From Eledone cirrhosa (lineage: Eukaryota): a stretch of 64,000 nt of DNA. Below, in pieces: positions 20,791-32,564 of the stretch. The stretch lies in the NCBI GenBank assembly GCA_964016885.1, contig OZ024743.1, positions 181,226,001-181,290,000 on the forward strand. The letters run 5' to 3'. The notes under the pieces are model-generated. The model did no database searches. It worked only from the letters and a program-made list of their open reading frames with translations, and was not told the DNA's origin. Position numbers and translations under genes: made by a program. How positions within the stretch are numbered: the stretch's first letter is position 1; each line of letters begins with the position of its first letter.

Positions 20791-21019
20791 TGATTCTCCC
20801 TCATTACACACTTTTCCGCCTCTTTCCCACACTTCGTATCCCTCTTTACCCCTCTTCCCTACTTCTTAAACCCTATTTCTTTTACCAGCTGTCTTCCTTC
20901 CTCTTTTCCATCCTTCCTTGATGTTTTTCCTCCCCTTCTTCCACTTCTGCCTCTTCCAACCCATTCTTTCCCTACCCCGCCTTACTCCACTTCCTACCCT
21001 CTTTCTTCCTTTCTTGATT

Positions 21020-21995
21020 TCACCCACCACTTTATCTACAACTTTACCTACAATAATCATTTTACCTACCACTTTACCCACAATAATTATTTTACCTACC
21101 ATTTTACCCACAATAATCATTTTACCCACAATAATCAATTTACCCACCACTTTACGCACAATAATTATTTAACCCACCATTTTACCTACAATAATCATTT
21201 TACCCACCATTTTACCCACAATAATTATTTTACCTACCACTACCCACAATAATTATTTTACCCACATTTACCCACAATAATCCTTTTTTTTATTTTGGGG
21301 GGATCTGTTTTTTATTTGGGGTCCGTTTTTTATTTAGGGGATCCGTTTTTTATTTGGGAGGGATCCGTTTTTTTTTGAGGGGGGGGTCCGTTTTTTATTT
21401 AGGGGGATCCGTTTTTTATTTAGGGGGATCCGTTTTTTATTTGGAGGGATCCGTTTTTTGGGGGTCCGTTTTTTATTTTTTGGGGGGTGCGTTTTTTTAT
21501 TTTGAGAGGATCCGTTTTGGGGGGTGGGGGCGTTTTTTATTTAGGGGGAACCGTTTTTTATTTGGGGGGATCCGTTTTTTGGGGGGGCCCGTCTTTTATT
21601 TGGGGGGGAACCGTTTTTTATTTGGGGGGATCCTTTGGGGGGGTCCATTTTTTATTTGGGGGAGGGGCCATTTTTTACCCACAATAATTATTTTACCCAC
21701 CATTTACCCATAATAATCATTTTACCCACAATAATTATTTTACCCACCCTTTTAACCACAAACAATTATTTTAACCACCATTTGACCCACAATAATCATT
21801 GTACCTACCATTTTACCCACAATAATCATTTTACCCACCTTTTTACCCACAATAATCATTTTACCTACCACTACCCACAATAATCATTTTACCCAACTTT
21901 TTACCCACAATAATCATTTTACCCACCCTTTTACCCACATAATCATTTTACCCACAATAATCATTTTACCCACCCTTTTACCCACTATAATTATT
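21020..21995. repeat. Compound minisatellite: ~30-bp TTTTACCCACCATTTTACCCACAATAATCA arrays flanking a ~21-bp GGGGGATCCGTTTTTTATTT array (~21290-21675)
   Basis: Directly visible. Confidence 0.9.
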
Positions 21996-22019
21996 TATGT
22001 GTCCAGCGATTCTTTACTG

Positions 22020-22385
22020 AGACATTCTAACCACATGCTCATAATATTGGGGTTGTGATCTCAATTCAGAGAAGTAGCGGCTCTACCAGGAGTGACTCAC
22101 TGGTCTGAGTTATGCACTTTATCGAGTAACGTTACTCTACAGACCCTTCGGAGGAATCCCATTTCTGCCACTTTTATTTGCAATTGTATTCTTTTGGTCA
22201 TTACTCAAGATTCATGATCCTCGGTAAGAGTTGGCAGGAATACCAGGAAGACAGCGAGTTTGTTTTTTACACTTACCCCCTTTCATCTGATTGCACTTAA
22301 TTCAGCCTCCTGCATTCCATCACTCATGAACACGGCTCCAAGATACTTGAACTTCTCTAACTGCTTCAGTAGAACAACATTCACG
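22020..22385 (-). pseudogene. RTE-clade LINE RT C-terminal fragment
   Basis: LKQLEKFKYLGAVFMSDG...EAEL, then in another frame AEMGFLRRVCRVTLLDKVHNS. Confidence 0.65.
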
Positions 22386-22584
22386 TGTATATAAATTTGA
22401 GAGACTTCTGCCCACCCGTCCATCACGCAATATGTGTGCTTGTGTGAATGTATGTGTGTGTGTAAAAGGAAGGAAAGGGATACGCACATATATATGTCTA
22501 ACTTAAGAACAGTAACACACATACACGTGTCTCTAATTTAAGAACGCCGACAAACTCACGCGCGCGCACATACACACACTTTCC

Positions 22585-23238
22585 TATTACCACTCAAGAG
22601 CTTTGGCCCGGGCAAACATCCCTCAATTTTGGAACCGTCTGGGTTGTCCTGAATTGATGGGAAAAGACTTGACGGTCTTACTCTGTACTCTTGGTCAAGA
22701 GGCAGGTGCCTTACCTGACTCTTTTGCTTCTTCCCATATTCTTGATGCAACAGTAAGGGCGAGAGCTACAGCATCCGCAGCTGAACGGAACAAAATCCTA
22801 AAATACCGTGTTTTGTCAGCTAACTCATCCAGCCTGTGGCATTCGAGATGTTTGGGGGAGTCGGGCTACTGACAGCGAGATTCTTATCTTCACAGAGGTA
22901 ACTGGTGATACTCGTGAGGGCACTTGGTTGTTCCAGCACCTCAGCCCCGCCATCACCCCAGGTAACGCTGCGAGCGTGCTGACCTGCCTCAAAATTTATT
23001 TGAAAGGGTTCCCAGTGCTCCTCGCTATATTGCTATCTTTTGCTCTGGTAGCGGCTCGTTTTACCACTCTTTCGCCTGCATGTTGTTGGCCTAAGATGTG
23101 TGTATTACCTGTCTGTGTATTTTTTCTTTCTCTTTTTCCTTTCCCTTTCTTTTGTATATATTATATTTGTTAGTGTTTTCGTTTTGTAACCATTATATTA
23201 AATGAGTTTTTAAAAGAAAGGGTTAATAAATAAATAAA
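22585..23238 (+). mobile_element. 5'-truncated CRE-clade RLE retrotransposon remnant with 3' UTR
   Basis: Joined frames give EPSGL..DGKRLDGLTLYSWSRGRCL, AAERNKILKY, PVAFEMFG and REGTWLFQHLSPAITPGNAASVL, followed by a T-rich UTR ending in AATAAATAAATAAA. Confidence 0.7.
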
Positions 23239-23585
23239 GAGTTATACTTGTTTTACCCTCCCATTTCCAATTTCACCAAACGCTGCTATCATGACTGTAT
23301 GTGTGTGTTTGTGTAAATGTATATATGTTTGTGTGAAAGTATGTGTGAATGTATGTGTATTTGTGTGAATTATGTCCGTGAGGGTGTATTTTTATAAGTT
23401 TGTGTTTGCGCGATTATAGATATATACTCATGATAGTTATACACTCAAACATATAGACGTATGTATGTGCACACTCATACGCGTCAGCGTGTAGAAAATC
23501 ATAATCTCTCTATCTTTCTCATCACACACTCTCTCTATTTCTATATATATGATAGTTGAAGTGGTGGTGATGGTGGCGACGATAT

Positions 23586-23768
23586 ACCGGAAGTGCCGCT
23601 TTGAAAAGAAGTCAATTTTAAATTATTTATTTTTACGAAATTATTTATGTTTACGAAATTTAGTAGATAAATTATGTAATATTCCTTTATTGTTTATTCA
23701 ACTTATTTTACTAACTAAAGAAATAAACCGTACGCAGTCCCGCAGACCTTCCTTTATTATAGTTTAGA
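23586..23768 (-). mobile_element. 5' part of a non-autonomous Helitron, same family as 28517-29115
   Basis: The minus strand starts A|TCTAAACTATAATAAAG...GCGGGACTGCGTACGGTTT and is collinear with ~28908-29115. Confidence 0.7.
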
Positions 23769-23778
23769 TATCTCTTAG

Positions 23779-24192
23779 GGCGGTGGATTGGCAGTAATCG
23801 GTAGAGCGTCCGACAACATGCTTTTCGGCGTAGAGTTATGGCCCTTTACGTTCTGATTTCAAATCCCGCCAAAGTTAGCTTTGCCTTTCATCCTCACAGC
23901 GTCGATAAAATAAAGTACCAGTAATGCACTGGGGTCGATTTTATCGACTCTCCCCTTTCCCCAAAATTGTTGGCCTTGTGCCTAAACCAGAAACCATTAT
24001 TTCGTGGATTGGCAGTATCGGTAGAGGGTCGGACGCCATGCTTTGACGCATAGAGTTACGGCCCTTGCCATTCTAAGTTCAAATCCCGCCGAGGTTAACT
24101 TTGCCTTTCATCCTTACGGGGTCGATAAATAAAGTACCAGTAATATACTGGATAATTGCTGGCCTTGTGCCAAAAATAGAAACAATTATTTC
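23779..24192 (+). mobile_element. Two tandem full-length Nin-domain SINEs (23779-24002 and 24003-24192)
   Basis: Each has A and B boxes, the Nin domain and the tail. Confidence 0.85.
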
Positions 24193-24304
24193 TTTATCTT
24201 TTGAATAAAAATGAAAATTAGGCCAGGGGCATGACCGGTTGTCAATCTCTATCACATTAAACTAGGGTCAGCATACTATTTATAATCTGATAATAAAATA
24301 CCAG

Positions 24305-24772
24305 CATACACACAAACATACATACATAGACACATACATACATATACACATACACATACATACACATACACACATACACACACATTCACACATACATTCA
24401 CATACACGCACACACACGTACAGAAACATATACAAACACACACACATACATACACACGCACATACACACACTTATATACATATATATATATACATACACA
24501 AACACACACATACACACACATACATACACAAATACACACGTACACACACACATACACGCACATACACATATACATACATACACACACGTACACATACACA
24601 CACACACATACACATAAACAAACAAACACACACATACATATACACTTACACACACAAACACACACATACACATACACAAACACATACATACACACACATG
24701 CTAACCAACACACACACAAACACATACATACATACACACACATGCTAACCAACACACACACACACACACATG
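24305..24772. repeat. Degenerate (CA)/(CATA)n microsatellite
   Basis: Directly visible. Confidence 0.95.
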
Positions 24773-24854
24773 TTTCAAATTATCCCAATGCATTATAAAT
24801 TTTAATTTACTGCTATTTACACTTCAAATTATTTATAACGTTAATTAATTATAT

Positions 24855-25039
24855 AAATAATTGTTTCAACTGTTGGCTCAAGGCCAGCAATTATGCCAGT
24901 GTATTACTGGTACTTTATTTTATCGACGCCGTAAGGATGAAAATCAAAGTTAACCTCGGCGGGATTTGAACTCAGAATATAAAGGGAGGTAATTCTATGC
25001 TGGAAAACATGGCGTCCGACCCTCTACCGACACTGCCAA
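24855..25039 (-). mobile_element. Nin-domain SINE
   Basis: Reverse complement of the family pattern (ggatttgaactcag, ctctaccgacactgccaa). Confidence 0.8.
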
Positions 25040-25334
25040 AATAGATGGAAAAAAATAGATAAAAGCAAAATTAAGTAATAAACAGAGGGGGGGGGGGGTG
25101 TAAAGATATAGTTGTATAGGAAAGTAAAGGAAAAGACTATAAATGCCATAAATGAGAAGAAAAGGAGGGAAAGAGCAAGAGTGTTAGGCCACGGAAGAAA
25201 GAGAGGGGGAAGAAACAGGCTTAAAATCTTCTAAAAATGTAAATTACTGACCATCGCCTCTTCTGTATAGTAATTAAGGTAATTACCCGGTGTCCGAGAA
25301 TTACAGGTTTCAATTTTCTCAGGCACCTGTGTCC

Positions 25335-25695
25335 GCTTTAGAACGTCGGATAAAATGCTTTATAGTATTCGTTCCGGCTTTCTGCTCTCTGATTCCAAAT
25401 CCCACCGAGGTCAACTTTACCTTTCGTCCTTTCGAGGTCGATAAAAAAAGTACCAGTCTAGTACTGGGGTCAATTCTTCCTCTATCTCTCTTTCTCATTT
25501 CCTCTCTCTCGCTTTCTATGTCAAGACGGCGTCCCTACGTCTTTATCAGGAGTTAGAGGACCATACATATATACATTTACTGTGATCGACTCGAGGTTAA
25601 CTTTGCCTTTCATCCTTACGGGGTCGATAAAATAAAGTACCAGTAATACACTGGGATAATTGCTGGCCTTGTGCCTAAAATAGAAACAATTATTA
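25335..25695 (+). mobile_element. Two truncated Nin-domain SINEs (~25335-25475 and 25591-25695)
   Basis: Both contain the Nin domain. Confidence 0.7.
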
Positions 25696-25797
25696 AGGTC
25701 ATATGCGTTGGGGCACACACATTTCAAATATATATATATAAAAAATAGTGAAAAAATAGTTGTTACCAGGCGATTGCCCAATATAGGTCTGTTATAT

Positions 25798-26013
25798 TTT
25801 TCTTAATTTAATACTTCAAATTAAGTCTGACAAACCATATTGGTATAGTTAGTATTTTTTCACCCTAACAAACTTGGTCCTTACGGGTCGAACACATGTA
25901 TGTTTATATTAGTGTTCATCTCTCTTGTTTACTCAATTATATTACACGGCTCGGAAAAGCTTTTTTCTTAGAGCTATTTAATTGTAAGAGACTACTCTGA
26001 GTTTCTAACTCAC
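25798..26013 (+). repeat. ~215-bp non-coding unit, copy 1; direct copy at ~31420-31628 and inverted copy at ~32077-32292
   Basis: Near-identical sequence (ttaagtctgacaaaccatattgg...ctgagtttctaact), always abutting (TA)n at the same end. Confidence 0.9.
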
Positions 26014-26035
26014 TATATATATATATATAATATAT

Positions 26036-26133
<98 letters not shown>

Positions 26134-26265
26134 CAAAGAGATATTTAATTTGCTGGTAATTCAACAGATCTATTTATTATAACAGATTCCAAGCACTCTA
26201 CAGTTTTCCTGGAGTATAATATCAATGATATTAATAAATGGAAACTATATTTATAAAACCATATT

Positions 26266-26329
26266 TATTTTATTATATATATTTCAAGGGTACCAAAAAA
26301 ACTTTGGTATGCTCTCATCAGATAAAATA
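26266..26329 (-). ncRNA. Minimal-stem-III type I hammerhead in the Penelope 3' pLTR
   Basis: Reverse complement of 31147-31210. Confidence 0.8.
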
Positions 26330-27467
26330 CAAAATTTGTTTTATAAATAGTGACATACCCGATAAACCAAACCTTATCGGTTCAGGTTCCATTTGGATAG
26401 TGAAAGAAAAAGAGAAAAATTTCAAATGATTTAGGATGGATATGCAAATGAAATAGAAGCGTAGACTGAAAAAATCGTTATATTTAGACGCTAGGTAAAT
26501 TTAAATAATTATTAGGATACTTTATAAAAGAAGATGAAGAAGAAGGAAGAAAGATAGGCTAATATTATTATTAGGGTGCAAGTAGATTTAAAAGTTAAAA
26601 ATTAAAAATGTGTTGAAGTGGTAGAATACTAATCCAAAAATATTTAAATATTTTTAAAATCAAGTTATAATATTATACATATAATGTATATAATTACATT
26701 TTAAGGAATTAAGGTTGTAAGTACAGTTTAGCTTATTATATTACAACCAGTCAATTATATATATATTTATATAAATAAATAAAAATATAAATATTATAAA
26801 TATTATTATACATGCTGTTATTAATTCAAATATAATTTAAGAGTTACGAAGGATATGTGTTTATATTTTCAATATATAGTTAAGAAAAAGACGTAGTTCG
26901 AATTTTATTATAGAAGAAACTTTTGTACCTTCAAATAGTTTAATCAAGAGAGAAAACATTAAGTTAACGAAAATTGTAGAGACTTTATAGTATTTATGTT
27001 GTTAAGAAGAGATGATGCTTTATGCGTGCTAGATTATAAAGGAAAAGGAAAAAGAAAAGGAAAAGATAACTCCAATGTTTATTAGTTACACTATTTACGT
27101 TAGATTTTAGAATTTACTTAAAATGTTTGTGGAGAAAATTTTATATATTATTTTATGTATGATTATAAGGTACTTTATATTACATGTTTTCAAAGATGAG
27201 AATTTCTTTTATATATGTATTTAGATATTATCTATATAGTCAATTAGGAAGAAAATATTATTTGAAACCTCATGAGTGTATTTAGACAACTATCACGAAA
27301 AGGATATATTTCAAAATATGAATTAAGAAATATCAATTAAAAAATATAAAAATATAAAGATATAAAGGAAATCAATTAAGAAAACTAAGAAGAACATCAA
27401 TTGGAAAAGAATATCATTTGTAAAAAATATATTACATAAAAAGAAAAATATCATTTAAAAATCACAA

Positions 27468-30337
27468 CTAAACATTGACCGAAGAATAGTGAAGACATAG
27501 AATGTGAATAAGTGAATTATATACTAGATTATAAATACTTTGGAAAGTCATTCTTTGGCGATGTCTGCAGGAACTGAATATTTCTTTTTTTAGGGTGATA
27601 GAATTTTGGCAGGTGAGTATATAAAAAATGTCTTCAATACACAAATGACAGATTCTTGAGAGAGGCATATTTCGGTATGCGGGTGCTTTCGAAATCGTTC
27701 CCCAAGAGATTGAATAGTCAATATTATTGTCTTTTAAGTGCCAAATTAGATGTGAAAATGATGTGGAAATTTTTTTATCAACCTATTAAATCATATGTTT
27801 ATAATTATACCAGCGTTCTTTAAATTTTGTAGAAATGGCTCCTATATAATTATATATTTTATGTCTAGTTTTAACTGTGCATTTGTATACTAAGTTTTTA
27901 TCTAGGCAATTTTTCTGTAAAGGGCAATTAGATTCATTTCTACAGTTACATTTACGAGAGTTAGTGTTACTAGGAACGGTACTATTATTAGTGTTGTTAG
28001 TAATATTAATATTGTTATCTTGGTTTAATTAGTTTAGATTTAAATTTAAATTTCTATTATTAATTCTATTTATATTTTGTGCTATGTTCATGGTAGTAGA
28101 GTAAAATAGTTTAAAAAATAGAGTGATATCTGTGGGCTTTAGGAAAACATTTATCCAATGCTTTGAAAAATAGTTTTGCTACAGGTGTTTTAACCCCTAA
28201 TGAGAATGGGGGAGAGTACCAAATAATATTTCTAGTTCCTTTGTTTGGTTTACTATTTAAGTTAAATTGTTTATTACTATTATTATATTGAATTTTAGGA
28301 AGATTTTGCATGTTATTGTTATCTATGTATTTAATTTTATTCATGTAGCCAGCTCTATGTAAAGCATCATTGTAATATTCTGCCTTATTATCAAAAATAT
28401 TTTTATTAGCTGAAATGCGTGAAATTCGTTGCTGGACACTATTGACAATAGTATTTTTTATATTATTAGGATGGGTAGAATTGAAGCTTACGTAATTTAG
28501 GTTTTCATTAATTTTACTAGCATGTGTAGTGTATACATACATGTAGATATGATACATCAAATAAAATTGTAATTGACAATATACACAGAAATTGAACGAA
28601 AACTGTGTTACACTCTCTTATGTAATCAGTAACGTAATCCATGATACATTAAAAAAAGGCGATATTATATATCTGCTGGCGTGTGTAGTGTGTATATTGA
28701 TATTATACGCAAGTATATATGCATGTAGATAGGATCAAATAAAATCGTTATTGACAATATATAATACATAGAAATTGAACGTTACACTGTCTTATGTAAT
28801 CATTAACGTAATCCATGATACATTAAAAAAAGACGATATTATATATAAACTGCATTAGGAGAAAATTAGTGACAGAATATATGAATGTTTATTTAAACGC
28901 TCACTAACCGGAAGTGTTGACATATGAAAATTTTAAAGAATTGAATCTTTAAATAAGTAATAAAATATATTTAATGAACAGCCACGAAATTTAGTGGATA
29001 AATTATGTAATATTCATTCATTATTTATTCAAAGTAATCCAACTTATTTTACTAAGGGGATAAAAAATTATAAACCGTACGCAGTCCCGCGCTTCTTACT
29101 TTATTATAGTTTAGATGGAAAGGATAATATAGACCTGAGCTAAGGTTTAAAGTTACATCTAAGAAGTTAACAGTTTTATTATTATTCTCGATTTCTAATT
29201 TAAGGTTGTAGTTATTCTATGATAGATTTCTTTTTCCTGTAAGTTTACTATTGCTATGGTTTTCGATTAAAAGTAACATATCGTCGCGATATAAACCTCC
29301 GGTCATCTCTGGCATTTTCCTATGTAGTACATTAAGAATAAATAATCCCACGAGGTCTGTTACTTGAGCTGAGTCAGATGATCCCATAGTGATATCAAAG
29401 TTATTCTGTCTATCAGCTCTTGTCCAGAGATGGTTATTAAATTCTATTAGGGTTTTACGTGCTGTTAGAATGATATTTATTTCATCACTAGATAGGTCTG
29501 TATATTTAGAAGCGTAAATAAGTGCCTTATTAAGTAAGCTAGGGGTAATTGAGGAATAGTAATTTGCAATATCCATTTGAATAAATTTTTCTTATGTTTT
29601 AATTTAATGTCTGCAAACCAATCTATTACTTCATTTGTACCGTCCAAGATGTGATTTTAGCTTAAGTACTGGTATAATCCTATCTAGTATATGTTTGCTA
29701 ATTATGCCTAAGTCAGACTTAGATGGTGCGATGAGTCTGACTGGTAGTTCAACTTCAAAATTTCTTTTGTGGTCCTTCATATTAATCTTCAGTTTTCTAG
29801 GTATAAAAGGTTCTGTCTTATTTTGAATGCCTAATTTATAAATGATTTCCGAAGCTTCTTTATTTAAGGTTGATAGATCTTCATTTGATGTTTTTTTATA
29901 GTTTTTCCTAAGTTCCTTGAATATTAAGTTATTATAAGCGTCCTTTTCGATACCGTATAAATTATTGGTTTTGTCCGATTTTACAAGGATCTTCTTTGTT
30001 TTTTCGAGATTGCCTATTTTGTTTTTGTGACCTCTGAGGTATTCCTGGCCAATAAATTGGTTCCTTATAAATTTAACGTTCTCTATTATGGAGATTATTT
30101 CATTTTCAAATTCGGCTAAAAGTTTGTTGAAAGGTGGATTTTTCCTTGATTTAAAAATAAGATCAAAATTATATTTGGATTTATTTATTTCCTTTTCCGA
30201 TTTCTTATCAAAATGGAAAGCACGCCATCTAAGTCTCCTTATGAAAGAATCGGATTTATCTATAATTTATTTTACATATTCTTTATTTTGGGGTAAGGGT
30301 ACATCCTTTAGAGAAGAAGAGATCTTAAAAAATCCAT
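27468..30337 (-). pseudogene. Naiad-type Penelope ORF (RT plus GIY-YIG endonuclease), disrupted
   Basis: Motifs SLKDVPLP...FIRRLRWRAF, DHKRNF...RLIAPSKS, DIANYYSSI, FDITMGSSDSA, GLYRDD, STHP, IIWYSPPFS, CNC..CPL..CL..LVYKC..YIG..FKERW, CHLC and SSCRH. Several stops and frameshifts plus a Helitron insertion. Confidence 0.88.
28517..29115 (-). mobile_element. 599-bp non-autonomous Helitron inserted in the Penelope RT
   Basis: Minus-strand termini A|TC...CTAG|T with no TSD. Removing it restores the frame GLYYPFH-KINENLNYV. Confidence 0.85.
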
Positions 30338-31146
30338 TATTAATTCTTTGCAATCTGTTATAGTTTAAAGTGCTCTACATTAAAGGAGCTATTTATAAGC
30401 AAAGAGATATTTAATTTGCTGGTAATTCAACAAATTTATTTATTATAACAGATTCGAAGCACTCTACAGATTTCCTGGAGTATAATATCAATGATATTAA
30501 TAAATGGAAACTATATTTATAAAACCATATTTATTGAAGGTACAAAAGTTTCTTCTATAAAAAAAACTACGTCTTTTTCTTAACTATATATTGAAAATAT
30601 AAACACATATCCTTCGTAACCCTTAAATTATATTTGAATTAATAACAGCATGTATAATAATATTTATACTATTTATATTTTTATTTATTTATATAAATAC
30701 ATATATAATTGACTGGTTGTAATATAATAAGCTAAAGTGTACTTACAACCTTAATTCCTTAAAATATAATTATATACATTATATATATATAATATTATAA
30801 CTTGATTTAGTTATATATTTTAAAATATTTAAACATTTTTGGATTAGTATTCTACCACTTCAACGCATTTTTAATTTTTAACTTTTAAATCTACTTGCAC
30901 CCTAATAATAATATTAGCCTATCTTTCTTCCTTCTTCTTCATCTTCTTTTATAAAGTAACCTAATAATTATTTAAATTTACCTAGCGTCTAAATATAACG
31001 ATTTTTTCAGTCTACGCTTCTATTTCATTTGCATATCCATCCTAAATCATTTGAAATTTTTCTCTTTTTCTTTCACTATCCAAATGGAACCTGAACCGAT
31101 AAGGTTTGGTTTATCGGGTATGTCACTATTTATAAAACAAATTTTG

Positions 31147-31210
31147 TATTTTATCTGATGAGAGCATACCAAAGTTTTTTTGGTACCCTTGAAATATATA
31201 TAATAAAATA
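31147..31210 (+). ncRNA. Type I hammerhead in the inverted pLTR copy
   Basis: Stem I TATTTTAT/ATAAAATA (8 bp), CTGATGA 31155-31161, stem II GAG..TACCAAA/TTTGGTA..CTT, GAAA 31191-31194, 2-bp stem III with palindromic loop ATAT, ATA triplet (cut after 31202). Confidence 0.8.
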
Positions 31211-31342
31211 AATATGGTTTTATAAATATAGTTTCCATTTATTAATATCATTGATATTATACTCCAGGAAAACTGTAGAGTGCTTGGAATCTGTTATAAT
31301 AAATAGATCTGTTGAATTACCAGCAAATTAAATATCTCTTTG

Positions 31343-31396
<54 letters not shown>

Positions 31397-31624
31397 ATAC
31401 TTAAAATTAATATATATATATTTAATACTTAAAATTAAGTCTGACAAACCATATTGGTATAGTTAGTATTTTTTCACCCTAGCAAACTTGGTCCTTACGG
31501 GTCGAACACATGTATGTTTATATTAGTGTTCATCTCTCTTGTTTACTCAATTATATTACACGGCTCGGAAAAGCCTTTCTCTTAGAGCTATTTAATTGTA
31601 AGAGACTACTCTGAGTTTCTAACT

Positions 31625-31628
<4 letters not shown>

Positions 31629-31721
<93 letters not shown>

Positions 31722-31757
31722 GTATATAATATATATATATAATATATATATATAATA

Positions 31758-31854
<97 letters not shown>

Positions 31855-31994
31855 TATAGTGATTCCTGATGATTTCTAAAGAATGAAACAGTTCTAGTCC
31901 TGTAGAATCTCATCTATATTAAAACTTTTATACTCTGCAATGTATTGAGTACCTTACTTACTGTGGTTACCTCCGATTCAACCCGGAATAACGT

Positions 31995-32077
<83 letters not shown>
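31629..32077. repeat. (TA)n arrays enclosing a ~140-bp hammerhead-containing island (~31858-31998)
   Basis: Directly visible. Confidence 0.9.
31861..31909 (+). ncRNA. Compact type I hammerhead ribozyme motif
   Basis: Stem I GATTC/GAATC, CTGATGA 31866-31872, stem II TTC-taaa-GAA (T.T at its base), GAAA 31885-31888, stem III ACAG/CTGT, GTA triplet. Confidence 0.7.
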
Positions 32078-32081
<4 letters not shown>

Positions 32082-32564
32082 GTTAGAAACTCAGAGTAGT
32101 CTCTTACAATTAAATGGCTCTAAGAAAAAAGCTTTTCCGAGCCGTGTAATATAATTGAGTAAACAAGAGAGATGAACACTAATATAAACATACATGTGTT
32201 CGACCCGTAAGGACCAAGTTTGCTAGGGTGAAAAAATACTAACTATACCAATATGGTTTGTCAGACTTAATTTTAAGTATTAAATTAAGAAAGGATTGAT
32301 ACAGATAGGTATTAATAGATATATATTTCTATTTATTTGCCACCAGGGCATCAAAGATTGGGACAAATACAAAGGGGGGAGTTTACATACATTTAAAAAG
32401 ACGTGTAAAAAACATATAACAAATTAAATTTAACACTCCATGTCCTCAATAGGGAGGGGCGTTGACATGGGTCGCACACACCCCCGAAAAAATGTGCAAC
32501 CCTCCTCTTCAGGAGCACAAAGAGCGGGTGCTTCCTTCCTCTTCTCATTCTTCTCCTCTCTCAC

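Larger units (their letters stand above)
26131..31345 (-). mobile_element. Penelope-like element (Naiad-type) with a direct 5' pseudo-LTR (~30395-30535) and an inverted 3' copy (~30534-31345)
   Basis: 26131-~26270 is repeated directly at ~30398-30535, and 26131-~26934 is repeated inverted at ~30534-31345. It carries an RT plus C-terminal GIY-YIG, and both outer ends abut (TA)n. Confidence 0.9.

Noticed and set aside
23779-24100. tRNA genes
   Set aside because: The A and B boxes belong to SINE heads with inserted sequence; there is no cloverleaf.
24276-24767. Cys/Val-rich ORFs, and similar poly-I, poly-Y and poly-L ORFs elsewhere
   Set aside because: They are microsatellite translations.
26238-26429. 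Identical 63-aa ORF twice (also 31047-31238)
   Set aside because: It is antisense to the Penelope pLTR and overlaps the hammerhead; the identity comes from the inverted duplication.
27880-27960. Selenocysteine recoding, reported for some Naiad elements
   Set aside because: The Cys motif codons are TGT or TGC rather than TGA, and I saw no SECIS element.
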